From Octopus sinensis (lineage: Eukaryota), in assembly GCF_006345805.1 (NCBI RefSeq), contig NC_043015.1:48670001-48734000 (forward strand): 64,000 nucleotides of DNA. Direction: 5' to 3'. The first letter of the stretch is position 1; each line of letters begins with the position of its first letter. The notes under the pieces are model-generated. The model had not been told where the DNA came from, did no database searches, and was given only the letters and a program-made list of their open reading frames with translations. Both the position numbers and the translations under genes were made by a program. Of the stretch, positions 1 to 12,538 are shown one piece after another.

Positions 1-414
1 AATGTTATCCAAGAGAAATGCAAAGGGCGATACAACTTGACACCAGTGGCATCGCAACCCATTTCTGAACTGGAGCAATGTGAAATAAAATGTCTTGCTC
101 AAGAACACAATGCAAAGCCCAGTCCAGGAATCGAACTCACTACCTCATGATTGTGAGCCCAACGCTCTTACCACTGAGTCATGGGCCCTCACCAATTATC
201 AACTAATGCTAAAATATATACATCAGCATTGTTTGAACATCCAGTTTCCTATGTTTGCACGGATTAGACAGAAATTAGTGAGGCAGATTATCTACTGCCA
301 GATGCCCTTCCTGTCACCAGTCCTCACTTGTTTCAAAGCAAGTTAATATTTCCCCATGACCAGATATTGTTTTCAGAGAAGTTTGAAAATGAAGGATACT
401 GCTCATATGATTCT

Positions 415-1050
415 TGTATTTGCTTCAGTCATTTGACTGTGGCCATGCTGGAGCACTGCCTTTAGTCAAACAAATCAACCCCAGGACTTACTCTTTGTAA
501 GCCTATTACTTATTCAGAAACCTGGACGTTATCAAAGAAGCTTGAGAGGCGGTTGGATGGAATCTACACTCGCCTCCTTATGAGAGCTCAAAATCTCTCG
601 TGGAAGCGTCATCCAACCAAAATGCAAATATATGGGAAAGTGCCACCTGTGTCATCTCTTGTGAAAGGTAGGAGAGTCCAGTTTGCTGGACATTGTTGTA
701 GAGCTGAAAACGAGGCAATTTCTACTCTTCTCCTCTGGAAGCCATCTACTCGCAATACCAGAGGGCACACACTCTCCTACCCTGACGTAATCTCCAGGGA
801 TACAGGCATCCAGCAACAGGACCTCCGTAATGCCATGATGGACCATGAAGTCTGGCGTAGCATGGTAAATTCCATTGACTCGACCACGGTCGAACAATGA
901 TGATAATTACTTATTCTATCAGTCCACAGTGCTTTGGTTAGCCCAAGGCTGCAGTAGAAGATACTTAATCAAGGTGTCATGCAGTGGAATTGGAACCAGA
1001 ACCATGTGGCTAAGAAGCAAGTTTCTTACCACACAGCCTCACATGCACCT
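415..1050 (-). mobile_element. tRNA-derived SINE (family S1) split by an RTE insertion
   Basis: Halves at ~415-515 and ~906-1050 match the reverse complement of the S1 copy at 2405-2805. Confidence 0.7.
516..905 (+). mobile_element. 5'-truncated RTE-clade LINE (ORF2 C-terminus)
   Basis: Frame reads SETWTLSKKLERRLDGIYTRLLMRAQNLSWKRHPT...RRVQFAGHC...W; short TGA tail; 11-bp TSD attacttattc at 505-515 and 906-916. Confidence 0.85.
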
Positions 1051-1159
1051 ATTTCTGTTACCTTTTTCAACCAAATAAATTCTACCTTAAATTACTTATA
1101 CATCTACTTATTTTCCATTTATTATATTCGTAAAAGTTTTGCTAGCTCAAAGGTTTTAA

Positions 1160-1377
1160 CTCTTTAGTATTTAAACCAGCCTCATCTGGCCAAAATATTC
1201 CACCTGTTTTATTCCACCCAACCAGATCCTGCCTCTCATACCTACCCTACAATGGCATTCTAAAAATAATGAATTATCTCATTGAAATCTCATAGCTACA
1301 AGATAATACACGATTAATTTAAAACAATGTAAATAAATAAACATTACATCCGACAGAGTAATCTGATTGCTAAAGGG
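1160..1377. mobile_element. piggyBac-like MITE
   Basis: TTAA at 1156-1159 and 1378-1381; termini ctctttag / ctaaaggg. A truncated relative starts near 18580. Confidence 0.7.
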
Positions 1378-1817
1378 TTAAATACCAAATTTATTATACA
1401 AGATCCCCGCCTGCAATGCCCCCTCCCCTCTCAAAGATTCCTTGTGTTGCAAGTTATTCGGTGACCCTGCCAGTGCTGGTGCCCCGTAAAAAGCATTGCT
1501 TGTGCTGGCACCACGTAAAATGCACTCAGTCCACTCTGTAGGGTGACTGGTGCTAGGAAGGGCATCCAGCCGTAAAAGCCATACCAAAACAGACATAGAA
1601 GTCTGGTGTAGTTTTCTGCTTGGCTGGATCCTGTCAAATCATCCAACCCATACCAGCATGGAAGGAGGGTGTTTAATGATGGTGAGGATGATCAATATCA
1701 TGATCATGAGTTCAAAAGAGAACTTTGATTTTCAGTTATAATTTTAGTCAACATCTCTCTAATGTGTTTTGTCGTTGCTAGCCCAAAACATACTTAGCTG
1801 TAAAATACATGCTGTCT

Positions 1818-2131
1818 ATGGCACGTAAAAAGCACCATCCGTTCGTGGCCATTGCCAGCCTCACCTGGCCCCCATGCCGGTGGCACGTAAAAACACCATC
1901 CGATCGTGGCCGTTTGCCAGCCTCGTCTGGCACCTGTGCCAGTGGCATGTAAAAAGCACCCACTACACTCATGGAGTGGTTGGCGTTAGGAAGGGCATCC
2001 GGCCGTAGAAACATTGCCAGATCAGACTGGGCCTGGTGCAGCCTTCTGGCTTCCCAGACCCCAGCTGAACCGTCCAACCCATGCTAGCATGGAAAGCGGA
2101 CGCTAAACGATGATGATGATGATGATGATGA
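1818..2131 (+). mobile_element. RTE-type LINE 3' end with (GAT)n tail
   Basis: Repeated ggcacgtaaaaagcacc modules ending catgctagcatggaaagcggacgctaaac(gat)n. The same family recurs at ~7600-8140, 16320-16490, 19190-19420, 21440-21650 and 31000-31215. Confidence 0.65.
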
Positions 2132-2404
2132 ATACATTTGTCCGTGTACAGTCTACTTTGAATTTTACACCAAATAACGACTTTGGTTATTTATTTTGGT
2201 TATTTATTCACTGTCACACTTGAATGATCAGCATGGCTGATGATTTCCAGCAACATAAGACAAAGAACCAATTAGTCGGACAGCATTAAAACCAATAGAA
2301 ATGTCATCATCATTTTATAATTTTTTTGGTTTCCTCATCAATCAACTTGCTTCCATGCTGTTAGAATTATTCAAAACACTTTTAGTTACATAATTAACAA
2401 AATA

Positions 2405-2805
2405 GGCGTAGGAGTGGCTGTGTGGTAAGTAGCTTGCTTACCAACCACATGGTTCCGGGTTCAGTCCCACTGTGTGGCAATTTGGGCAAGTGTCTTCTAC
2501 TATAGCCTTGGCCAAACCAAAGCCTTGTGAGTGGATTTAGTAGATGGAAACTGAAAGAAACCTGTTGTATATATGTATATATATATATGTATTTATGTGT
2601 TTGTATATGTTTGTGTGTCTGTGTTTGTCCCTCCAACAATCAATGGTGGTGTATTTACGCCCCTGTAACTTAGCGGTTCGGCAAAAGAGACTGATAGAAT
2701 AAGTACTAGGCTTACAAAGAATAAATCCTGGGGTTGATTTGCTCGACTAAAGGTGGTGCTCCAGCATGGCCACAGTCAAATGACTGAAACAAGTAAAAGA
2801 GTAAA
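2405..2805 (+). mobile_element. tRNA-derived SINE (family S1)
   Basis: Head aggagtggctgtgtggtaagtagc...ggttcagtccc, central microsatellite, tail gactgaaacaagtaaaaga; many dispersed copies in the window. Confidence 0.75.
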
Positions 2806-2842
2806 ATATTGACATAAAAACTTGCTGGTATTCAAACCAATA

Positions 2843-3077
2843 AGGCGGCGAGCTGGCAGAAACGTTAGCATGCCGGGCGAAATGTTTAGCAGTATTTCGT
2901 CTGCAGTTACGTTGTGAGTTCAAATTCCGCCGAGGTCGACTTTGCCTTTCATCCTTTCAGGGTCGATTAAATAAGTACCAGTTACGCACTGGGGTCGAAG
3001 TAATCGACTTAATACCTATGTCTGTCCTTGTTTGTCCCCTCTATGTTTAGCCCCCCTGTGGGTAATAAAGAAATAGA
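2843..3077 (+). mobile_element. SINE (family S2) with 14-bp TSD
   Basis: ggcggcgagctggcagaa...gtaataaagaaata, flanked by tattcaaaccaata at 2829-2842 and 3078-3091. Confidence 0.8.
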
Positions 3078-3211
3078 TATTCAAACCAATAGCAATAAGT
3101 TTATTGTGATTGCAAATGGAGAGCACTATTATCATCTTGATCTTGATCTTTCAGTTTATCAGTATTGATTTTTCTGTATATTTTTCTTTTTTTTCATTTT
3201 TTTCATTTTAG

Positions 3212-3313
3212 CAACTAAAATATTCTACTCAGATCCATGTTCGATCAACGAGAGGTAAAAATGCAAAAGGCAGAAAAGTGACCGGTATAGAACCACTGCA
3301 TGGCGAAGATAAG
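3212..3313 (+). CDS. WDR44: WD repeat-containing protein 44 (Rab11-binding), internal exon
   Basis: tttcattttag|CAA...AAG|gtagga; 102 nt, phase 0/0; QLKYSTQIHVRSTRGKNAKGRKVTGIEPLHGEDK resembles vertebrate WDR44 (TQIHVRSTRG...RKITGIEPLPGE). Not in the ORF track. Confidence 0.9.
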
Positions 3314-6300
3314 GTAGGAAATCGTTTTAAAAGTCCATGTTTATTCGTCTTTCTTTATATTTTCATCTGTTTATCTGTGGAACATTGATTTAAAGAGAAA
3401 CCCTAATTTGGGACTATTAAATATTTCATGAAGAATTCAGTGTAGCAGGGTTTTACTATCCCAGGGTGTGAATTGTTAAAAAAGTAAATTAAATCCCTTG
3501 GATATTACTGCCTCAGGTCTTATGACTCATCAGGTTGACCACCTGGGTTCCATGGCGTATAAGTAACCAAGATCGCAATATTCCCCTTGGATGGGTCACC
3601 AGTCCATTGCAGGGTTACTCTTTCACAGCTGAGTGAACTGGAGCAACATGAAATGAAGTGTTTTGCTCAAGAACACAATGCACCTCTGGGTCTGGAGATT
3701 GAAACCAAGACCTTACAATCACGAGTGCAACAATGTAGCCACTTGGCCACATGCCTTCACCCACCAGGGACAAAATGCCATAAATTTGACCAGATCTAAA
3801 TTGCTGTCTATATCTTACCACCATGCAATATTGCATTTGCACACCCCTCATACTGTCCGCCTTTTGCACCTACAGAGAAACTCTTTGATTCCTGTAAAGT
3901 CTTCAGATCTCTTAACTTTTATTTTCTTACTCTAGTTAATATACTTTCTCTAAAACTACCAACACCATTTAGATGACTTTGGTAATAAAAGCAATCTACT
4001 ATTTATGAAAAGCTCATGGACTTCATTTCACAAGTGACTAACCACTGCTGTGTGTGTATCACATTTAAAGTCTTAATTCTCTGTCGATTTACCAGAGATC
4101 ACGCTGCATCTTTCAGGTACTCATCATTTTCACTGAATTCCAATTATTAAATACTTACTTCTTTGCCCACTCTTTAATCAATTCCACTCACCAGATGGCA
4201 CTAGAATTTTGTATTGTCTTTTACTAACATTTTGGTCATTGCCATGTTGACCTTAATACCATTGGTCTCTCAGACTTAGAACCTTTTCTGAAGCTCTTTG
4301 CCAAATTCTCCAGTGTCATCAGCATTTAAACTTATGGAAGACATCTGCTCTTGAATTCTTGTGTTTATAGCTTCAAAATTTCTAATTAATAGATTGGGTA
4401 ATCATCGTTATCAATTAATGTCCATGTTCCATACTGGTAAGGGTTGGACAGTTTGACAGTGTGTACTTGATGCTTTTCTCATGCAACTAGCACTATTGAG
4501 GTCACAAATGCTACAAAACCCGAGTGGGGTGGGGATTTATGCTAGGAGATGAGAACCAAAGTATGAGAAGATGGGGGTAGAAGAGGTTCATGTTGTAGGG
4601 GAGGCTACTTGGCTAAACACATTTAGGAAAGAGAGACGGAAAATGAATCCATAGATGCTGTGGAGAGATATATAATGGTGATGAGGCGTCCAGGTGGTGC
4701 CTCAAAGTATGAAGTGAGAACAGAATTCCAGTGAATGCTTACTCAAAACGCTCTTACAAGCTGTTCATCTCTACTGAGTTTTTTTAATGCCCAGCAGTCT
4801 ATATTGATGACGTTACTGTCATCACTTCTAGTGAGAGACTCTGAAGGAAAAGCCTCATAGAACTATGGAGCCACGTGGTTTAGTGGTTAGTGTATTGAAC
4901 TCATGATCATAAGATTGTGGTTTCGATTCCTGGACTGGGCAATGCATTGTATTCTTGAGCAAAACACTCCACCTCACCTTGCTCCAGTCCATTCAGCTGG
5001 CAAAAATGAGTAATCCTGCCACAGACCGGCGTCCCAGCCAAGTGGGGAATATATATATGCCATGAAACCGGGAAACTGGCCCTTGTGATTCTATATGCCT
5101 CAAGAAGATAACTTTACCATTACCTTGTAGAACTACTTAATTTACTCCACCTCATCATCTAACGTCTGTTTTCCATGCTGGCATGGGTTGGACAGCTTGA
5201 CAGGAACTGGCAAGGCCAGGGGCCACACCAGGTTCCATTGTCTGTTTTTGGCATGGTTTCTACAGCTGGATGCTCCTCCTAATGCCAACCACTTATGTGG
5301 CACCAACACCAACAGGGGCACCAAGTATCTTGCAAAACAAAAACCACTCAACTGGGAGCGGGGAGTTGTATTGAGATGGTATGGCTTTGTGCCAGTTGAA
5401 AGGTTAAAGGTATAGAAGGGACAGAGGTAGGTGTCTTGCTGAAGAGTAGGTACATGGCTACTCCAAGTGGAAAGGAAAGGAAAGGAGAGTGAGTTGGAGA
5501 GTAAGATAAAGGGAGCAATAGTGAGAGATATGATATTGAAGATGTGTCAGAACATGCCCTCAAGTGACATTAGGGGTGGTGAGAATATATAGGTGAGGTG
5601 ATACGGAGGTTTAAACTAAGGGAGTGGGCAGGTTAGAGGGGACTGTAGCAAATGATGGAGAGAAATAGAGGAGAGGTTCAGGGATGGAGGTTGCAGTAGA
5701 TATGTGAGGGTATTACTCATCATTCTTAGAAATCATGGCTACTGTTAGATGAAATGTTAAATGTCTTATGTTAATTATTCTGTCAGTTCTTCTGATTGCC
5801 TCGTTTACATCCTCCTCAATAATTCTCTAATTAACCCAAACCCTGACTTTGCACTACACATCCCACGGTTCTTACTTGTCCAGAACAATGTGTTTTCTTT
5901 TTCTTCGGCCTCTTAACAATTTGACTGAAACCCCCCTCTCCATCTCTCTTCTTATACCGACACGCAACAGCCACATCTACTCCGCCTCACTTTAACATCT
6001 CGCCTATGTCCCTGAACCAATAACGGTCATAGCAGAACTGAAATTAAGGAGATTTAAAGAAGAGAATTTGTTGCTGGTGATCGTGGAACTGTTTGATGGT
6101 TGTTGAGAAATGCTGCCACTTGAAACCACCACCCCTACCATATTCACTACTAATTTACCACCAAGTCTTAGGCTTATTTATAAACGCAACCTGTTATGAT
6201 TAAATGCATCTTATTATTGCATGATTGATTGAGTAGCTTTTTGTAATTCAGTGACCTTTATTGTGAAACACTGATTCATTGTTAATCAAACAATCAACAA

Positions 6301-6469
6301 ATTAATTGGTTAAATAGTTAACAAACTGATGAATAATAAAGAAGTGAAAATAAGACCAATTCAAGAGGATCATTATGACCCTCCTGAGATAAAACAAAAA
6401 CTGTCAAAGAAGCCTGGGTGAATTTATTAGGCCACATAACTTGAAACTTTTGAATAGGACTAAAGGCTT

Positions 6470-6509
<40 letters not shown>

Positions 6510-6533
6510 GTTACAATTTTCATTTTATTTCAG

Positions 6534-6649
6534 ATTCTTGTCACCACAAACGATTCTAGAATTCGGCTTTATGACTTGAGGGATCTAACACTTACCTGTA
6601 AATATAAAGGTGGAACGAACAACAGCAGCCAAATCAAAGCGAGCTTTAG
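6534..6649 (+). CDS. WDR44: WDR44 internal exon
   Basis: ttatttcag|ATT...TTTAG|gtaagg; 116 nt; ILVTTNDSRIRLYDLRDLTLTCKYKGGTNNSSQIKASF; phase 0 start joins the previous exon. Confidence 0.95.
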
Positions 6650-7018
6650 GTAAGGGGCAGTCATTTACAATATATGTATATGTATGTATGTGTGTGTGTG
6701 TGTATGTGTGTGTGTGTAGACTGCACCAGGTTCCAGTCTGATTTGGCATGGTTTCTACAGCTGGATGCTATCATCCACACACCTACATATTACAGATGCA
6801 TGCACTTACACACGCACACATCCACACATCAGCCCTTATCCACATGCACACACACACACTCTCACATACACACACATGCACCTTCATTTTGGGATCACCA
6901 GTACTTTATTATCTCCTCTTCTCCCTCTCTCTTTTTTAACTACCTCTGTCCAACCATTCACCATGATTGACCACTAAATCCACAAGTTTTTTTTTATTCT
7001 CTCTATTTGTTTCTGTAA

Positions 7019-7290
7019 GCGCCCTGAGAGAAAAGTTAGACTTAAGAAGCATCAGATGTGGTGTGCAAGAGAGATGACTATGCTGGTATGGTCATGTGTT
7101 GTGAATGGATGAGGACAGCTGTGTGAAAAAGTGTCACACCCTAGCAGTTGAGGGAACCTGTGGAAGAAGCATATCCTGGAAGACCTGGGATGAGGTGGTG
7201 AGGCATGACCTTCGAATATTCAGCATCACCTAGGCAATGACAAGTGACTGAGACCTTTGGAGATATGCTGTGCTTGAGAAGACCTAGCAA
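7019..7290 (+). mobile_element. decayed RTE LINE ORF2 C-terminal fragment
   Basis: ALREKLDLRSIRCGVQER*LCWYGHVL*MDEDSCVKKC...KTWDEVVRHDL, with in-frame stops. Confidence 0.75.
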
Positions 7291-7349
7291 GGCAAGTGAG
7301 ACCATAACCATGGCCTATGCCAGTGCTGCATAACCAGCCCACTTAAGAG

Positions 7350-7585
7350 TACCTATTTCTTTACTACCCACAAGGGGCTAAACACAGAGAGGACAAACAA
7401 GGACAGACAAACGGATTAAGTTGATTATATCAACCCCAGTGCGTAACAGGTAATTATTTAATTGACCCCGAAAGGATGGAAGGCAAAGTTGACCTCGGCG
7501 GAATTTGAACTCAGAATGTAGCGGCAGACGAAATACCGCTAAGCATTTCACCCAGCGTGCTAACATTTCTGCCAGCTCACCCACT
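7350..7585 (-). mobile_element. SINE (family S2)
   Basis: Reverse-complement match to 2843-3077. Confidence 0.7.
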
Positions 7586-8189
7586 TAAGAGCACCCTTCA
7601 ATCATTGGGCAATAAACTGCGCTTGTGAAGACCTATTGAAGCAAGTGAAATCGTTGTCATGGCCGATGACAATACTGCCTGATTGGCCCCCATGCCAGTG
7701 GAATATTAAAAACACCATTCAAGTGTGATTGTTGCCAGGGCCGCCTGGCTGGCTCCCATGCCGGTGGCACGTAAAATGGCATTATTCGAGCGTGGTCATT
7801 TCCAGCATCGCCTGACTGGCTTCTGTGCTAGTGGCATGTAAAAAATACCATTTGAGCATGGTTGTTGCCAGTACCGCCTGACTGGCTCCTGTGCAGGTGG
7901 CACATAAAAGCCACCATTTGATCATGGTCGATGCCAGTACCACCCGGCTGGCCCTTGTGCCGGTGGCACGTAAAGGCACCCACTACACTCTCAGAGTGGT
8001 TGATGTTAGGAAGGGCATCCAGCTGTGGAAACTTTGCTAGATCAGATTGGAACCTGGTGCAGCCTTCGGGCTTGCCAGCCCTCAGTCAAACTGTCCAACT
8101 CATGCCAGTATGGAAAGCAGATGTTAAACGACAATGATAATGATGATAATGATCTATATGTATATCTAAATATATATAATATATATATT

Positions 8190-8465
8190 ATGGCCCAGTG
8201 GTTAGGGCAGCAGACTTGCGGATGTAGGATCGCGGTTTCGATTCCCAGGCCGGGCGTTGTGAGTGTTTATTGAGCAAAAACACCTAAAAGCTCCACGAGG
8301 CTCCGGCAGGGGGTGGTGATCCCTGCTGTACTCTTTCACCACTCTTTCTTCTGTTGGCCTGCTCGCTTAGCCAGCGGGGTGGCATCATTCGAAGGCTAAA
8401 ACAATGCGAACGCATTGTGACCAGCGATGTGTAACATCTGATGGTCTGGTCGGTCACGTGATCAC
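8190..8465 (+). mobile_element. tRNA-derived SINE (family S3)
   Basis: A box tggcccagtgg and B box gtttcgattcc; related copies at ~10515-10740, 21840-22130(-) and 30535-30820. Confidence 0.7.
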
Positions 8466-8499
8466 GTGATATATATATATATATAACAAATAATAGAGA

Positions 8500-8690
8500 C
8501 AGAAATGTGGGTCTCCCAGAACGTTCATCAATATCGACATTTTTCAGCCATCTTGGAAACGTCTGAACCACTCGTACACTTGTGTGTGGCTCGTACACTT
8601 CTCTCTATACACTTTCTGCAACTTTGCGCGGGCCTCTGAGCTGGTATAACCATGACAACTTTCTCTGTCATGGTCAATGCGATGATCACA
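8500..8690 (-). mobile_element. mariner transposase N-terminal (HTH) remnant
   Basis: GYTSSEARAKLQKVYREKCTSHTQVYEWFRRFQDG, plus NVDIDERSGRP in an adjacent frame. Confidence 0.75.
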
Positions 8691-9442
8691 CACTACACAT
8701 CTTCCTTCCAAGCACTGCCGTAAACAGCAGAAGTGAACTAGAACATTAAAACTCAATGCGCATGCACAGCAGAGTTTCAGGTCAATCTTTGCTGAGTGGC
8801 TTCATTCTGCATGCTTTTAGCTTCATTACTATGGCAACAGTTCAGATACTTATTGATCAAACCTCATACATGTATAAATATTTACCTTTGACTCTATTTT
8901 ACGCATTCTACATGCATTACATGTGCTACCTGTATGGTATATATACCTTCTTAAATGTTTACATTTGATATTATCATATGCATTCTATATATACTACATT
9001 TACTACTTATATTATATATATGGATATACATGTGTGTGTGTGTGTGTGTATGATATATATATATAGACTATATCTCTTTCCTTATATATGTCCTGAAAAC
9101 TCCTCACAGCCTTGGCTTTGTTATCTCTTTTGTCCAATATATATATATTATATGCATTCTATATACATTCCATGTACTACCTATTTATATATATATGAGA
9201 TCTGTTTAAATATTTACCTTTAAATATGTTTTATCTATCTATCTGTCTGTCTATGTCTTTCTTCTGGCCGTTTCATCATGTTGAACCATTAATCCCTACA
9301 CACTTTTTTCTCTCTCCATTTTTTCCCCTCTCAATCCTTCCTGTTAAAGAGGGTAGGCTCGAAACGTCAAAGATTTTTCCATTCTTCCTGAACATTAAAC
9401 TAATACAGTTCTATATTTAAGAGATGAGGAATTACGTACATT

Positions 9443-9603
9443 ATTTACATTTGATGGATATTTGTCCTCATCTTGTTTGTTGTTAACACAATGTTTCGGC
9501 TGATATACCTTCCAGCTTTCATCAGGTATTTTGGGGAAATTATCAGCCAAAACGTTGTGTTAACAACAAACAAGATGAGGACAAATATCCATCAAATGTA
9601 AAT
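9443..9603. repeat. 63-bp-arm inverted repeat carrying a hammerhead-like motif (Penelope-like terminal fragment)
   Basis: Arms 9443-9505 and 9541-9603; the minus strand reads aatac CTGATGA A AGCTG..CAGCC GAAAC ATT gtgtt. Confidence 0.7.
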
Positions 9604-10117
9604 CTATATATATATATAAAGTTGAAGTTGTCTGTGTGTGGCAGGTTTAGTAGCCTTCAACTAACACTATCTCCTCCGAGACCCTGTGGCCCTAGTTGAC
9701 CAAAATTGAGAGTATGATAGAAGGCTTGCTCTTCATTCCGTAGACGATAAAATTCAAATCGGACCATGTTAAGACCAAAAATTATTTACATCAAAAAGGT
9801 GCTTTTTTTCTATGAAAATCCCTATTTTTTACAATGTTTTGACTGCTGTGTCGTCATTTTTCGGTGTATTTCAACCAGAAAAATGTTCAACTCAAAAAGA
9901 ATAACAAGCTACATAATGCAAAATTTTTACTTTTCAAAAATTCCAATTCTAAAGGGTCGAAACAAACCCAAGCAACGCGATACTGCGATACTGCTAGTAA
10001 TGTATTAAACTAATATACCTGCTTGTTGTTCCTTCACCTGTCTTCGTCCTTTGTTTTCTGTAAACTTGAACTATATGCATATATATACACACACTATATG
10101 TTTCTCTCTCCCTCCAG

Positions 10118-10245
10118 TACAAAAGGAAAATATATTATTTGTGGTTCTGAAGACCATTTCATTTATTTATGGAAAACTCATCATGATTATTACAAATTCT
10201 CATCTGCTCGTCGAGATCGGAATGATTATTGGGAAGCCATCAAAG
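10118..10245 (+). CDS. WDR44: WDR44 penultimate exon
   Basis: cctccag|T ACA...AAA G|gtaata; 128 nt; (S)TKGKYIICGSEDHFIYLWKTHHDYYKFSSARRDRNDYWEAIK; phase 2 start matches the previous exon. Confidence 0.95.
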
Positions 10246-10889
10246 GTAATACATTCCTCATAATTTCTTTCTCTGTTTTTATCAATTCTATGATCTTAAT
10301 CTACCAAATCCACCACCTTCCTGATTGAGAGCATGACTTATTCTGTGTTTGCCTCTTTTTAGATATTTCTATGGACCAGTAACCCCTCTTATGTATCCTT
10401 TTACCTGTTTCAGTCATTGGACTGCAGCTGTGCTAGGGCACCACCTTGAAGGGCTTAGTTAAATAAATCAACTGCAGTGCTTATGTTTTAAAGCATAGTA
10501 CTCATTGAGTGGAGGAGCAATGGCCCAGTGGTTAGGGCAGCGGACTTGCAGTTAGAGGATCATGGTTTCGATTCCCAGACCGGACATTGTGTGTGTTTAT
10601 TGAGCGAAAACACCTAAAGATCCACGAGGCTCTGGCAGGGGGTTATGGCGACCCCTGTTGTATTCTTTCACCCCAACTTTCTCTCACTCTTTCTTCCTGT
10701 TTCTTGAGTAACACTGCAATGGTAACAAAAGGGTTAAAGCGATGCTCCAGCATGGGCAGCAGTTAAATGCCTGAAACAAGTAAAAGAATAAAAGAGTAAA
10801 AGAATGTCTCATAAGTAGATATGCAATACACTTTTATTAGTGTTTGTATTTGTTTTTAATGTTTCTTGAGTAATTGTTGCAAATACTCT

Positions 10890-11285
10890 TTTACTTGTTT
10901 CAGTCATTTGACTGCGGCCGTGCTGGAGCACCGCCTTTAGTCAAGCAAATCGACACCAGGACTTATTCTTTGGAAGCCTAGTACTTATTCTGTCGGTCTC
11001 TTTTGCCGAACCGCTAAGTTACGGGGACGTAACCACACCAGCATCAGTTGTCAAGCGATGTTGGCGGGGACAAACACAGACACACAAACATATACACACA
11101 CATACATATATATACATATGATGGGCTTCTTTCAGTTTCCGTCTACCAAATCCACTCACAAGGCTTTGGTTGACCCGAGGCTATAGTAGAAGACACTTGC
11201 CCAAGGTGCCACGCAGTGAGAATGAACCCGGAACCATGTGGTTTGGAAGCAAGCTATTTACCACAAAGCCACTCCTGTGCCTATA
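10890..11285 (-). mobile_element. SINE (family S1)
   Basis: Reverse-complement match to 2405-2805. Confidence 0.75.
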
Positions 11286-11536
11286 ATGTAAATTTATTTC
11301 TTGAAATTGTTAAGACACAAAAATGTCATTAAGATTCTTCTCGGATGTTTGAAGAATATACAGAAAGCCATTTGGATAATGTGCCATCTTAGATTTTGAA
11401 GCTTAGTAACGACACCATTGAAGCGGGTTATCTAGTGACGCTTTTGGATTGGTAATTATTGTGTAGTAACTAATTCAAATTTTTTTTAATTAGTCTGACT
11501 GAACCTGTAACATTTAATAATTGCAAAGTATTAACC

Positions 11537-12095
11537 AGGAGTGGCTGTGTGGTATGTAGCTTGCTTACCAGCCACATGGTTCCGGATTCAGTCCTAATGT
11601 GTGGCACCTTGGGCAAGTGTCTTCTACTATAGTCTCGGGCCGACCAAAGCCTTGTGAGTGGATTTGGTAGACGGAAACTGAAAGAAGCCCATCGTGTATA
11701 TATCTTTATATATAAAAGTGAAGTTGTGTGTCTGTCTCCTCCGATTTAGATTCCTAACTACTCCCACATTTTGCGGTGCAGTGTAACTAAAAGCGGGTAT
11801 CTTATAGTCGTGACTCATATCGAGCCCTTCTGGGTATTAGCACGTGTCTACGATGAGTCTACGATTTAAAAAAAAATTTCCCATAATTTTTTCCCATTTT
11901 TAATGCATTTTTTTGCTATTATATAAGGGAAGTAACTCTCTAAAATGTATTATTAAATCTCAGAACGTAAAAAGCTACAGTAACACCCCCCTTTGTGGTT
12001 AGCCATATTGAGATGGCTATTATACTTTACATCTCTAAAAATGCTTATATAGTTATTTCCCTTACAAATCCGAGCAACGCCGGGCGATACTGCTA

Positions 12096-12179
<84 letters not shown>

Positions 12180-12385
12180 CTGTGTTTGTGTGTCTGTGTT
12201 TGTCCCCCCAACATCGCTTGACAACAGATGCTGGTGTGTTTGCGTCTCTGTAACTTAACAGTTCGGCAAAATAGACCGATAGAATAAGTACTAGGCTTAC
12301 AAAGAATAAGTCCTGGGGTCGATTTGCTCGACTAAAAGGTGGTGCTCCAGCATGGCTGCAGTCAAATGACTGAAACAAGTAAATG
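11537..12385 (+). mobile_element. SINE (family S1) interrupted by a Helitron
   Basis: S1 head at ~11537-11702; S1 remainder from 12097 to ~12385. Confidence 0.7.
11703..12096 (+). mobile_element. non-autonomous Helitron (394 bp)
   Basis: 5' TC, 3' ccgagcaacgccggg hairpin then CTAG; inserted between A and T with no TSD. Its 5' portion is homologous to the elements at 40255 and later. Confidence 0.8.
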
Positions 12386-12538
12386 AAATAATTTACCATT
12401 TATGTATTTCTTTTGCGAGATTTCTGATCTGAAATCTTGTGGTGAATCAGATATTGTTATATTTCGGGATGGTAATTTTTTTTTTTTTTTTTGTTACCAA
12501 ATAAACACATGCTCTTTGTATTTGTTCTTCACTCCAGA

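Noticed and set aside
8190-8270. tRNA genes at SINE heads (also ~2405, 4868, 10515, 15105, 30535)
   Set aside because: A/B boxes are present, but there is no complete cloverleaf and the sequence continues into multi-copy SINE bodies.
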